Below the pieces are notes generated by a model that saw nothing but the letters and a program-made list of their open reading frames with translations, ran no database searches and was not told the origin of the DNA. DNA of 64,000 bases from assembly GCA_030141605.1 (NCBI GenBank), contig JAQGDQ010001048.1, positions 1 to 64,000 on the forward strand. Direction: 5' to 3'. Positions 40,683-53,529 of the stretch are shown in pieces. Both the position numbers and the translations under genes were made by a program. This stretch comes from Tubiluchus corallicola. Its lineage: Eukaryota > Animalia > Priapulida. Position 1 is the first letter of the stretch. Each line of letters starts with the position of its first letter.

Positions 40683-41138
40683 TCGTCGTCGTCGTTAGCG
40701 CTGTTGCTGTCGTCGTTGTTGTTGTTGCCACTGTTATTGTTGTTGTTGTCATTGGAGGTGGCGGTAGTGGTAGTCCTGGTGGCGGTGGTGGTGGTGTTGG
40801 TGGTGGTGGTGGTGGTGCTACTGCTGCTGCTGTTGCGGTTGAAGTTGTTGTTGTTGTCATCGGCGGCGGCGGTGGCGGTAGTGGTAGTCCTGGTGGTGGT
40901 GGTTGTGGTGTTGGTAGTGGTGGTGATGATGGTGGTGCTGGTGTTGGTGGTGGTGGTGCTACTGCTGCTGCTGTTGCGGTTGAAGTTGTTGTTGTTCTCA
41001 TCGGCGGCGGCGGTGGCAGTAGTGGTAGTCCTGGTGGTGGTGGTTGTGGTGTTGGTAGTGGTGGTGATGATGGTGGTGCTGGTGTTGGTGGTGGTGGTGC
41101 TACTGCTGCTGCTGTTGCGGTTGAAGTTGTTGTTGTTT

Positions 41139-41212
<74 letters not shown>

Positions 41213-41280
41213 TGCTGCTGCTGCTACTTGCTGCTGCTGCTGCTTGCTGCTGTTGTTGTTGTTGTTGTTGTTGCTGTTGC
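40683..41280. repeat. (GGT/GTT/GCT)n low-complexity tract with an internal duplication of about 141 bp
   Basis: Direct reading; about 40860-41000 is repeated at about 41000-41135. Confidence 0.9.
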
Positions 41281-41928
41281 AACTGCTGCTGTTGTCGTCT
41301 GTAAGCGTTGCCTATTGCTGCTGCTGTTGCGGTTGCTGTTGTTGTTGTTGTTGCAATTGCTGCAGGTTTTGTTGTCATCACTGATGCAGTCATTTACTTC
41401 CAGCTGACCCTAGTTCATGAATCAACATGAAATCTAATCCTCAGAAAGGAACTCGTGTTGCTGTTGTTGCTGTTGCTTGCTGCTGTTGTTGTTGTTGTTG
41501 TTGCTGCTGCTGCTGCTGTTGTCGTTTGTAAGCGTTGCTACTGCTGCAGGTTTTGTTGTCATCACTGATGCATTCATGACTCTAGTATACGAATCAACAT
41601 GAAATCTAATCTTCAGAAAGGAACTCATGTTGCTGCTGCTGCTGTTGTTGTTGTTGCTGCTGTTGTCGTTTGTAAGCGTTGCTACTGTTGCAGGTTTTGT
41701 TGTCATCACTGATGCATTCATGACTCTAGTATACGAATCAACATAAAATCTAATCTTCAGAAAGGAACTCATGTTGCTGCTGCTACTGCTGCTGTTGTTG
41801 TTGTTGTTGCTGCTGTTGTCGTTTGTAAGCGTTGCTACTGCTGCAGGTTTTGTTATCATCACTGATGCATTCATGACTCTAGTATACGAATCAACATGAA
41901 ATCTAATCTTCAGAAAGGAACTCATGTT
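41280..41928. repeat. Compound tandem repeat (about 170-185 bp, about 4 units) with embedded (GCT/GTT)n
   Basis: Block GTAAGCGTTGCTACTGCTGCAGGTTTTGTTGTCATCACTGATGCATTCATGACTCTAGTATACGAATCAAC...GAAAGGAACTC is repeated. Confidence 0.88.
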
Positions 41929-41940
41929 GCCATAAATTAC

Positions 41941-41999
41941 TTGTATAAATATGAGGCACCAGTTCATCCCACTCAGAGTAATCGTTAAACAGATAATTC
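41941..41999 (-). CDS. Candidate cassette exon of the agatoxin-like gene (NYLFNDYSEWDELVPHIYT)
   Basis: GTTTCTTACAG|G...A|GTAATT, 59 nt, phase 2 to 1, acidic peptide. Stays in frame only together with the 16-nt candidate at 48872-48887. Mirror copy at 63886-63944 (+). Confidence 0.35.
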
Positions 42000-42295
42000 C
42001 TGTAAGAAACTCTCCACAAAAGATTGAACTTTTCAGTATTGATTCCACGCCAGTTAAACCATTTAGCAACCTGCCCCTCAAAGTCTTCCCAACTCCAGCG
42101 CAAATAAATTCAATCAGAACTTGACAAGTCTCTGATTGATTGTTCTGAAATCCCGCGGGAAAGTTCCCGGTAAGGATGGATCAGTTTCAGTTCTGATGTT
42201 ATTACTCGGTTATTGTTGGTTCAAAGAAATCATTAAACCTGGAATATTTTGAAATTTGATTGAAATGTTCGTTTGTTTTTTTAGTTGCTTGGTAG

Positions 42296-42802
42296 AGACT
42301 ACGGCCAAATCACGTTAAAAACACCGGTTCTCGTCTGATCACCGAAGTTAAGCAACGTAGAGCTTGGTTAGTACTTGGATGGGTGACCGCCCAGGAATAC
42401 CAGGTGCTGTAGGCTTGCGGGATGCCCACACTGTATTTCGACACTAGGCGGAGGAGCTGCACAAGCAGCCAACGGCTAGAGGGCGGAGGAGGTCAAGTGA
42501 CCCAACGGCCATGTGTAGAAGAGGAAACCTTCCAAATCAGGAGTGGAGCCCCGAGTTGCTCACTGACTCCGGCAGCTCCTGCAGCCAACGTATCGCTCCA
42601 CTTTCCTTTGGACTACACCAGGAAGGAAGAGAGGGGGTTCCTGTTGTCTGGGCAACTCAGGATCTCCATACACCTTGCCCAGGTTCAAGGATTGCACTGC
42701 TCAGCCACAGTCGACGCTGCAGCTCCATCACTGTGATCAATAACTTACTCTCTTGGCGCACACTCCATTGTCTTCCGAGACAGAAGGATGCCAACCAACC
42801 AA
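42296..42802 (+). mobile_element. 5S rRNA-derived SINE (SINE3 type) with RTE-LINE-like 3' tail
   Basis: 120-nt 5S head (42297-42416) with no T-run terminator. Body ends ...CATTGTCTTCCGAGACAGAAGGATG(CCAA)3. Tail translates to SRIALLSHSRRC, like the RTE C-terminal motif. Flanks CTTGGTAG (42288-42295) and CTTGGCAG (42803-42810). Confidence 0.85.
42297..42416 (+). rRNA. 5S rRNA-like sequence (SINE head, probably not a functional 5S gene)
   Basis: GACTACGGCCAAATCACGTT...GATCACCGAAGTTAAGC...GTTAGTACTTGGATGGGTGACCGCC...GTGCTGTAGGCTT. Full-length metazoan 5S with internal A and C boxes. Confidence 0.65.
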
Positions 42803-44323
42803 CTTGGCAGTTAAAGGAAAGACCAAGTCGTTTGAAAAGTTGGACTTTTTCAACTTGGTGAAAAATGTTAGAAGGATTTAGTAATAAAAGTGTGATAATT
42901 GCATCTAGTAGTGCAAATAGAAAAATCACTTTAAATTCGCGATCATTTCACGCTTATGCTGTCCCATTTTGAACGCTAATTCTTCCACCAATGACGTCAT
43001 TCACGACTGAACAAAAGCAGAGCTCACTGTCAAATTTCTCCAGAAATAAAACAAGTTTTTACAAAAAATAGATAGCTAATTTTGTGATATTTCGCATGAA
43101 CATTACGTAAGCTACAGAATTTTTCATCTTTACACTTATGAACAGTCAATATGTTCACCAGTAACGTCATAATCTTCAAGTAAATGGCAGCTACCACCAC
43201 GCCTGAAAACGTCTATACAGAGATAGTGTAAATTAACATTATTTTTTTGTAAATTTCATTGTTACATTTTTTAAGTTTAAATGATAACGGTAAATAAACC
43301 CATCATGCTGACTGAAAGACTTGACCTTTCCTTTTAATTTTGTACTTAATTTTTTTTATTCACCGCCATCCAGTGTTTGTGTCCATCACGCAACAGTTAG
43401 ACAGCCTTAACGTAAACGGTGCGGCGGGACCGCAACTTATAAAATTATCACGAGTAAGCCGTGAAAAATGAAAACTAGTTACAATGTTAATAATTCTAAA
43501 TTCTAGATTCTACCAAGCCGATGTGTGATATTTTATGTTTCCATAGCAACCACGCGATAATTTTTTTTAATTCTTCATAAAAAGAACAATATCTGTTTCA
43601 AAAATATTTCATTACATTTCAATTTTGATAAATTCTTATTAGGAAAATGCAACGTTTCAGCTGCAAACTAGCACTCGTCGCCGGGATTTATATAAAGAAT
43701 GATCTAAAATGTTATGTTAAGATTAAACTAAAGCCTTAGCTAAATATATTGCTTATTAATGACATTCTGAGGGTTAAAGACAATCGTTTATTTGGCAAAG
43801 ATTATTGTAATTTTATGTGTAACCCTGATTTCTCTTTAATGAATCATAATGCAAAGACTTGGGCAAAGAAAAGTTAAGCCCCACCCATCATTCCTGTCGA
43901 CGAATCAGGATTAAAATAATTTAATGACGTCGTTGTTGACGTCAGGCGTTTATGCTTCCTGAAATTGTTTACTTTATGCCGATGACGTTGATCTTCTACA
44001 TAAAATCCTGGGTAAAAACGCCATTTTAAACAGCTGCTTAGTCGAAATTGTAGCAAAGTTTGCCAGACTTAATCTGTTTGCAAAGAAACGCCTTTCACTC
44101 GTAATTTCTATTAAAATTTTCATAAGAAGTGCAGACAAACTGGACAGATATCAGAATTACTGTCAACGTCGAAGAAAAAATGGTTGCCATTGGCAACACA
44201 ACATTTAGCAGAGATATTGGTTAGATCAATATACAATCATCTACCGATTTTTCTTTAGCTTCAACGTTTTTTTTTGATACCTATTTTATAGATATTGTAC
44301 TACAGGGCTGTGGTGAAATGAAA

Positions 44324-44880
44324 TGTAATGCTGGCAGGGGAATGCAGTAGACTTCTCAGGTGTGCGTGTGAGCGTGGCTTTATCTAGCACAGACACGTAT
44401 TCTGACCTTGTATTAGTCAAAGCCACTAGTCACGTGCACACCTGAGCTTATAAAAAGGGAAGGTCTGCTGTAGATCCTTGTCAGTGGTCGTGTCTTTCAT
44501 TGCAGCTCTGTTCACATTTCACAGGCTTTGCCGCAAACGCCGTTCTTCTAGGTAAACTGTTTGTTCCTTATTGGGGGTGTGATATGTAGAATAAAATTGT
44601 CATTTCGACTCTATTGTTCGGGTTTGTTTTGGGTTTGGTGTTGAAGGACTTAATTGGGACTTGCCGCACGGTGTGGGCTGCGGTGCCATCCGTCCTGCCT
44701 CCGTTAAAGCGGACAGCAGTCCAATATACATAATTATATTTCTGAAAGATGATGTTAATGTAGTAGCTGCATTGAATGACCAACATGGTGACTGTAGTGA
44801 AGTAATAAAACAGACGCAAAACAACTTTATCCAGAAAAATGGGCGAATTTTCCATTAGCGTTACTGCCACCCCATATAAT
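44324..44880 (+). mobile_element. Possible solo LTR (mirror at about 60975-61530)
   Basis: Starts TGTAA, TATAAAA at 44449, TCAGT at 44481, AATAAA at about 44803, higher GC than flanks. 3' CA end not clear. Confidence 0.4.
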
Positions 44881-45051
44881 GTTTCTGTTTGATCAGTGTG
44901 AGTTGTCATCGAACCATGCAAAAAATCGAAGTTACCGAACCAATAACGATAATTAGAATTTTCAAGATATCGAAGCTGATATATTTCTCTCTCTCACTCT
45001 GTCTCTCACATTCTCTCTCTTTCTCTCACTCTCCCGCCATAACCCCTGTCT

Positions 45052-45234
<183 letters not shown>

Positions 45235-45834
45235 ATTTCTCGTTCTTTCTTTCTCTTCCTCCCTCTCCCCTGTCTCTTCTCTCCCGCTGCACACTGTCTC
45301 GATCTGTTCTCATTTCTTTCCCTTTTTCATTCTTCCTCTATCTTTGTAATTTTAATTAGTAATTTACACTGTGTCTAGAATCACCTTATTTTATTATTTT
45401 ATTAGAAAATTTGTAAAATTTATACTTATGCTGATCTTGTACCTGCAAATAGAGGTCTTATTAATAAAGATTTTAAATAAATAAATAAAATAAAATCCCT
45501 TCTCTCCCTTTTTCTCCTTCTCCCCTGTCGTGTTGTCTCTCTTTCCCTCACCCCATTCCTCACTGTATTCTACACATCGAGCTGCATTTCTAACAACATC
45601 TAAATTCTTTCTCCCTCCACATCTTCAACTCTAATTAAAAGGAAATGACCTCCTCCTGAGAACTAAATGACTCATCACAAGACGCAGGGTGAAGGTTATA
45701 ACTCTTAACTACAACTAATCTAGCTCAGGAAATTAAAAGGTTAATGAAAGTTGATCTTTTGTTTTACATAGCTTCCAAACCACTTACGAACCTCCTGCAG
45801 TAGCTCAGATCAATATCAAAGTCGCCTGTCAAGG

Positions 45835-46400
45835 CCCTATTTTGAGACACAGTTCAGTTTGGAGTCTCATATTGTCCCACAGTTGCCATAGTAATAACAC
45901 GCGTAGGATGCATGAATAAGGGTGATGGTATTAACAATGTAGGACCGAAGAAAGATCCTTGCAGCATCCCGTAATCCCTATTTTGAGACACCGTTCAGTT
46001 TGGAGTCTCATATTGTCCCACAGTTGCTATAGTAATAACACGCGTAGGATGCATGAATAACGGTGATGGTATTAACAATGTAGGACCAAAGAAAGATCCT
46101 TGCAGCATCCCGTAAACCCTATTTTGAGACACAGTTCAGTTTGGAGTCTCATATTGTCCCACAGTTGCCATAGTAATAACACGCGTAGGATGCATGAATA
46201 AGGGTGATGGTATTAACAATGTAGGACCGAAGAAAGATCCTTGCAGCATCCCGTAATCCCTATTTTGAGACACCGTTCAGTTTGGAGTCTCATATTGTCC
46301 CACAGTTGCTATAGTAATAACACGCGTAGGATGCATGAATAACGGTGATGGTATTAACAATGTAGGACCAAAGATAGATCCTTGCAGCATCCCGTAATCC
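45835..46400. repeat. 141-bp tandem repeat x4, derived from a reverse transcriptase fragment (x3 in the mirror arm, about 59664-60087)
   Basis: Units start CCCTATTTTGAGACAC at about 45835, 45976, 46117, 46258. Minus strand reads DYGMLQGSIFGPTLL, like the LINE RT GVPQGS-LGP motif. Confidence 0.88.
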
Positions 46401-47409
46401 ACATGCAGTTTTATCAATAGTAACTTTCTTTTGATCATTTTCCCTACAAGGTGCTGCTTCATCCACACTGGATAATTAACGACTGCGCAAGAATACTAAT
46501 AGAAGTGCGGAACTATCACTGATGCTTATATAATTAATAATTTGTGCAATTTGCAACGAGCACTGCAGTATGGAGGGTGCGTTTGTAATGTTTATTAAAC
46601 AACCCACAGAGAGAAAAAGTCTTGAAATTACGTTGCCCATTTACCACCTCTCTGGAACTTCAAAAAATTCACCCCCTTTTCAATTAAGTTGATCAATACA
46701 GTACCTCCTTTGAACAAAATTAGAAAAAAATACTTTAATGGCTTTAATGTCTTCCTGTTTTAGGACTCCTGGAACCAACAATCGGTCATTTCTGTAATTA
46801 GCAGTCCATCAAATTTACAGGAGTGTGTTTATAGGAACACCAGGAGCCTGGGTATTGAACCCGGTATACTTCTCTCTTAAAAGGAACTGAAAGAGCTATA
46901 AAACTGCGCGTTTCTACTTTATATGTCTAGTTTAAGTTTTGCAGTATTCTGACAAAAATACTACCCCCAGACCGGTTTTTTGCATTTTACCTTTTACCAT
47001 ACGCATCCCAGTAAACCTTTTATATGACTTTTCTAAATATGTTTTGTGCACAAAATACTTATTTATTTATTTATTTATTTTAGGCGCATTGTCTCACCAC
47101 GAAATAAAAGTAAAAATGCAATATGTCGATTTTTTAACATAGTCGAAACTTCGCTTGTCTATACATTATACATTATACATTATACATTATACATTATACA
47201 TTATTAATGTCTGTACATTAATTACTCCATCTAAAAGAAAAAGTAGTAGACAATAAATTCAAAATAACAATGACAATAACAATGGTGGTCAGCATAACCA
47301 CAAATTATGCTGTTGCTGTTTACTAATGAAACACGTTTAACAAAAGTGATTTACGAATTATGGTGGGGGTAATATTTTACCCCCCCCCCCCGGTTACCAA
47401 ATATGCACT

Positions 47410-47970
47410 TTAACATATTGAAATTAAACATGCCATTTATTCAAAAATGACTTCCATGAAAGAATTATTACCACACAAACATAATTTCACGTTCGCGCCA
47501 CTAGTTCTTCACTGTTACATGTTTCGCCATTCGTTAGTTAGACGGGCACTAGCGCGTGCATTTCGGAAACAAATTGCACAAAATTGCACCTCTCAGTTCA
47601 GATATGTTAGTTTGTGACGAACTACATACATTCGACAGCTCATGCGTGAACACAGCAGTAAATTTGAAATTTGAATTTTTATCTTAAAACTTGCCTAGTT
47701 TTAGTACAGCACTGAATACCTTACAGTAACACTGTACTTCAATTCTCGCTTCCACAAACACGTGCAACATGCTCGTGGAATATTTTTGATGTTGAAAATT
47801 ATGTTAGTTTGTGACGTTATCAATAGTTGGGCTCGCCGCCGTTAATAAATTTTTAAACCATTATTTAATTATGAGAAACACATTTGCAGTATTATTTGAG
47901 TTAAAGGTATACTTTTTATCGAACTTGAAAATGAATTAGTATACGAAAAATCATCCTGCCTCCCTTTAAA
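47410..47970. mobile_element. Dispersed DNA-transposon-derived repeat family C (Kolobok-like end); other pieces at about 1790-2130, 19240-19620, 31485-31760, 32940-33110, 58090-58650
   Basis: Shared terminus TTAAAGGRAGRCAGGATGATTTTT and internal GCGCCACTAGTTCTTCACTGTTACATG. Confidence 0.6.
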
Positions 47971-49237
47971 GGATAAGAAACGCTCTTTATTAACAATATT
48001 TATTAATAATTAATAATAATATTATTAACGTCCTGATATTTAATATCATTTGTTAAACGTAAAGTCATCTGTAAATGGTACTATTCAAGCAGGAATCCAA
48101 CACACAGGACTCACTTAATGAACATAGACGTGGCAAGACCGAAACCCAACTCAGTTGTCACGGAACTCGGCGTTGCCTAATTTTTGACAGCAAACACACA
48201 TCGTGACACTTTACCAAACGATTTTCCACATTTATGGCTCAGAACTGTTCAGTAAATCAGGAAAAGTCCTGGAAATCTGCACAAGACACGCAAGAACTTC
48301 TACACTGTAGTTCGTATTCGAGTCATGATCTTCTACTTCAATAAAATTAAGTGGAACTATTTATACCAATCTCATCTGGTATTAGTCACTCAGTGTGACT
48401 TTCTAAATTAAGAAATCAGCTACTCAGTGAATTAGTTAGTTGAGTTATGTCATCACAACAGTGTTAGCGCCAATGCATTTGCATGGCTTCATTGCATTAG
48501 CTACAATTCTTGCACATGGCTTCAATGGTTTCAGCAAAAAAAAACAACATATTTGATTAACGAGAAATTTCTGTATAAACGAACATATGAAGTACTAAAT
48601 TCAACACAAGAGCACAAACTGTAACTAAATCTTCAATCAATCGATGAATCGGTCAGTTACTTAGTCAGTGAGTCAGCTAGTCAGTCAAACAGTTAGTCAG
48701 TCAGTCAGTTATTCAGTCATTTAGTTTTGAATGTGAGATAAAAAAGCTAAATTTAAAAATTCAAATAAAGTCATTTAACTGGTTAGTTAGTTAATCAGTC
48801 CGTCCGTCCATTAATCAATTGGTGCAAAAACTGTAAGCCAAAACTGTAACTGTATTTGAAACAATGTTTACTGGGGCCCTTCATTACCTGTTTTGTAACA
48901 TCAGAGAAGAAGAAAATTGGCAGATTTCACAATTTGGCTATAACGCATGCGCAGTTACTGTAGGTGAAAGGTTAAGTGTAACACAGCAAAGTGTCTTAAA
49001 CTACAATCGTCACGTGACATGTGGGTAAATAATGATGATGATAAATCCTTTATTACGCCTCTATTGCAGGCTCAATACCGATGGGTATTGGTGTGGGTAA
49101 AGCAAAGCCGCCTGCTGCACCGGTTCAGTAACTTCTGTCGTTTTAAATAGTCTTTAAGCATTATGCATTAGTTGTAGAGTGATTTACAAGTAGGATCTTG
49201 CCTGGGAACAAGAAAAAATGAACTAGGTAAGATTTAC

Positions 49238-49334
49238 CTGACAAATCTTCATCATTGTCAAGTGTGTAAGAAAAGGTATCTCCTAGTAGAACCACCAGCA
49301 TCACTGTGAAGACTGCAACCTGCCCAGGAGACAT
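49238..49334 (-). CDS. ALP: Agatoxin-like knottin prepropeptide, signal-peptide exon (copy 1)
   Basis: Acceptor TTTTTTCCAG|, 8 nt of UTR, then MSPGQVAVFTVMLVVLLGDTFSYTLDNDEDLS (hydrophobic signal plus acidic propeptide start). Donor CAG|GTAAAT, phase 1, matches the exon at 40122. Confidence 0.82.
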
Positions 49335-49832
49335 CGTGGACACTGGAAAAAAGTAGATAAGATGCTAATTAAATTGTTGGTGCTCGACGCTGTGCTTGGC
49401 CGACCTAAAATGTTTCTCCAAGCAACAGTACAGCAGTTTTAGACTAGTTAAGGCTGTAATTATCACTGTCGGCTGTTATTGCTGTCGCTGCTGCTACTAG
49501 TGATGATGATGATGTTGCTTCTGCTGCTATCATTACTGTTATAGTAATTATTATTGTTGTTGTTGTTGTTGTTGTTGTCGCTGCTGCTACTAATGGTGTT
49601 GATGGTGATGACGAAGACGGCGACGACGAGAATAAAGGCACAGCACTTTGACCGCAATTACGGTGTCAGAAATCAGTAAAAGTCAGAAAAAAGTAAAAAA
49701 TCAAGCCTGTATGCGAACCTACAACCCACGAGACAGAGATGAACAAACAATTGTTCATGTACATTTTTATGTTATTTACGTGCTTTTTTACTTTTTAGTA
49801 TTTCTTTATCTGACGTTTGTCCTAAATAATAT

Positions 49833-50635
49833 AATGTAATGTAATGTAATGTAGTGTAACGTAATGTAATTTAATGTAATGTAATGTACTGTAGTGTAAT
49901 GTAATGTAATGTAATGTAAAATAACACATTGTAAATCCACTATAAATAAATAAAGTTTAAACTAACTAAAATAATCTAGCATAACGTAACGTAAAATAAC
50001 ATAGCATAACATAAAGTAAAATAACATAACATAACATAACATAACATAACATAACATAACATAACATAACATAACATAACATAACATAACATAACATAAC
50101 ATAACATAACATAACATAACATAACATAACATAACATAACATAACATAACATAACATAACATAACATAACATAACATAACATAACATAACATAACATAAC
50201 ATAACATAACATAACATAACATAACATAACATAACATAACATAACTTAACATCATAACGTAACTTAACATGACATACGTAACGTGACATAAAATAACGTA
50301 ACATAACGTAAAATAACATAACATGACATCACATAACATAACGTAAAATAACATAACATGACATGACATGACATGACATAACATGACATGACATGACATA
50401 ACATAACTTGACATCATAACGTAGTATAACGTAACTTAACATAACATAACGTAACGTAACATAACATGACACAACACAACATAACATAACATAACATAAC
50501 ATAACATAACATAACATAACATAACATAACATAACATAACATAACATAACATAACGTAACTTAACATAACGTAACTTAACGTAAAATAACATAACATAAC
50601 ATAACGTAACGTAACATAACATAATAATGTAATAA
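49833..50635. repeat. (TAATG)n and (CATAA)n pentanucleotide arrays (mirror at about 55729-56235)
   Basis: Direct reading; marks the inner end of the inverted arms. Confidence 0.96.
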
Positions 50636-50867
50636 ATGTAGATGCATCCGAAGACTATAGCTGTAGGTGAGAATTTCTGATAAAGACATTATAATTATAA
50701 CACAATAAAATGGCTTCTATACATTGCAAACTAAATAACATTGCATATTCTCAATATGTATTCGTTTAGTGAATCATCTCCCTAGATCACAGTTGCACAA
50801 TTAAGAACCTACGCCCAACACTGCGAGTCAATTAAGCAAGCCTACGCCGTGATAATTATGCACCTCT

Positions 50868-50977
50868 ACTAACCGCATGTTTTCAAGTCTATTATGTTGC
50901 ATTCGAGCATTCAGTGAGAGCACTGGATGTCTTCCCACGAACGATCAAAAGCAAAAGAAGCCAGCGCTCTAAACTGA
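50868..50977 (-). promoter_or_regulatory. Candidate initiator and first exon for the agatoxin-like gene
   Basis: Arthropod Inr consensus TCAGTT at 50977-50972 and donor CG|GTTAGT at 50873, in unique spacer sequence upstream of the acceptor at 49343. Confidence 0.3.
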
Positions 50978-51048
50978 ATCTCTCGTTTCGTCAAGACAAA
51001 AAGAAGCCACAAAGAATTTGACGCGAAAAATTATAAATTAATGAGCGT

Positions 51049-53529
51049 TTGTACGTCTCTGGTGAATACAGACAGTTGAGATGAGACGCCTTGTATTTCA
51101 TGTGGGATGTAAAACAGACAGGAGAAACTTGTACGTCTCTGGTGAATACAGACAGCTTGGATGAGATGCCTTGTATTTCATGTGGGATGCAAAACAGACA
51201 GGAGAAACTTGTACGTCTCTGGTGAATGCAGACAGTTGAGATGAGATGCCTTGTATTTCATGTGGGATGTAAAACAGACAGGAGAAACTTGTACGTCTCT
51301 GGTGAATACAGACAGCTTGGATGAGATGCCTTGTATTTCATGTGGGATGCAAAACAGACAGGAGAAACTTGTACGTCTCTGGTGAATACAGACAGCTGAG
51401 ATGAGATGCCTTGTATTTCATGTGGGATGCAAAACAGACAGGAGAAACTTGTACGTCTCTGGTGAATGCAGACAGTTGAGATGAGACGCCTTGTATTTCA
51501 TGTGGGATGCAAAACAGACAGGAGAAACTTGTACGTCTCTGGTGAATACAGACAGCTTAGATGAGAGGCCTTGTATTTCATGTGGGATGCAAAACAGACA
51601 GGAGAAACTTGTACGTCTCTGGTGAATGCAGACAGTTGAGATGAGACGCCTTGTATTTCATGTGGGATGCAAAACAGACAGGAGAAACTTGTACGTCTCT
51701 GGTGAATACAGACAGTTGAGATGAGATGCCTTGTATTTCATGTGGGATGCAAAACAGACAGGAGAAACTTGTACGTCTCTGGTGAATACAGACAGTTGAG
51801 ATGAGATGCCTTGTATTTCATGTGGGATGCAAAACAGACAGGAGAAACCTGTACGTCTCTGGTGAATACAGACAGCTTGGATGAGATGCCTTGTATTTCA
51901 TGTGGGATGCAAAACAGACAGGAGAAACTTGTACGTCTCTGGTGAATACAGACAGTTGGATGAGATGCCTTGTATTTCATGTGGGATGCAAAACAGACAG
52001 GAGAAACTTGTACGTCTCTGGTGAATACAGACAGTTGAGATGAGATGCCTTGTATTTCATGTGGGATGTAAAACAGACAGGAGAAACTTGTACGTCTCTG
52101 GTGAATACAGACAGCTTGGATGAGATGCCTTGTATTTCATGTGGGATGCAAAATAGACAGGAGAAACTTGTACGTCTCTGGTGAATACAGACAGCTTAGA
52201 TGAGATGCCTTGTATTTCATGTGGGATGCAAAACAGACAGGAGAAACTTGTACGTCTCTGGTGAATACAGACAGTTGAGATGAGACGCCTTGTATTTCAT
52301 GTGGGATGCAAAACAGACAGGAGAAACTTGTACGTCTCTGGTGAATGCAGACAGTTGAGATGAGATGCCTTGTATTTCATGTGGGATGCAAAACAGACAG
52401 GAGAAACTTGTACGTCTCTGGTGAATACAAACAGTTGAGATGAGATGCCTTGTATTTCATGTGGGATGCAAAACAGACAGGAGAAACTTGTACGTCTCTG
52501 GTGAATACAGACAGCTTAGATGAGATGCCTTGTATTTCATGTGGGATGCAAAACAGACAAGAGAAACTTGTACGTCTCTGGTGAATACAGACAGTTGAAA
52601 TGAGATGCCTTGTATTTCATGTGGGATGCAAAACAGACAGGAGAAACTTGTACGTCTCTGGTGAATGCAGACAGCTTAGATGAGATGCCTTGTATTTCTT
52701 GTGGGATGCAAAACAGACAGGAGAAACTTGTACGTCTCTGGTGAATACAGACAGTTGAGATGAGACGCCTTGTATTTCATGTGGGATGCAAAACAGACAG
52801 GAGAAACTTGTACGTCTCTGGTGAATACAGACAGCTTAGATGAGAGGCCTTGTATTTCATGTGGGATGCAAAACAGACAGGAGAAACTTGTACGTCTCTG
52901 GTGAATACAGACAGTTGAGATGAGATGCCTTGTATTTCATGTGAGATGCAAAACAGACAGGAGAAACTTGTACGTCTCTGGTGAATACAGACAGTTGAGA
53001 TGAGATGCCTTGTATTTCATGTGGGATGCAAAACAGACAGGAGAAACTTGTACGTCTCTGGTGAATACAGACAGCTTAGATGAGAGGCCTTGTATTTCAT
53101 GTGAGATGCAAAACAGACAGGAGAAACTTGTACGTCTCTGGTGAATACAGACAGCTTAGATGAGATGCCTTGTATTTCATGTGGGATGCAAAACAGACAG
53201 GAGAAACTTGTACGTCTCTGGTGAATACAGACAGTTGAGATGAGATGCCTTGTATTTCATGTGGGATGCAAAACAGACAGGAGAAACTTGTACGTCTCTG
53301 GTGAATACAGACAGCTTAGATGAGATGCCTTGTATTTCATGTGGGATGCAAAACAGACAGGAGAAACTTGTACGTCTCTGGTGAATACAGACAGCTTGGA
53401 TGAGATGCCTTGTATTTCATGTGGGATGCAAAACAGACAGGAGAAACTTGTACGTCTCTGGTGAATACAGACAGCTTAGATGAGATGCCTTGTATTTCAT
53501 GTGGGATGCAAAACAGACAGGAGAAACTT
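51049..53529. repeat. 80-bp minisatellite, about 31 copies, in the spacer of the inverted duplication
   Basis: Unit TTGTACGTCTCTGGTGAATACAGACAGTTGAGATGAGATGCCTTGTATTTCATGTGGGATGCAAAACAGACAGGAGAAAC. Confidence 0.98.

Noticed and set aside
29670-41407. Poly-Asn, poly-His, poly-Leu, poly-Met and Gly/Pro-rich ORFs
   Set aside because: All are translations of trinucleotide microsatellites; the same applies to 44889-45359, 49962-50622 and 53490-56106.
42297-42416. Functional 5S rRNA gene
   Set aside because: No oligo-T terminator, continuous with a retroposon body and bounded by a TSD; treated as a SINE head.
48115-48176. 62-nt segment ending in a strong GTGAGT donor inside the knottin intron
   Set aside because: Poor acceptor (AAAAATTAG), and the only open frame needs a phase-0 upstream exon that I could not find.
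51049-53529. Regular 80-bp array resembling CRISPR
   Set aside because: Head-to-tail units with no unique spacers, no cas genes, eukaryotic context.
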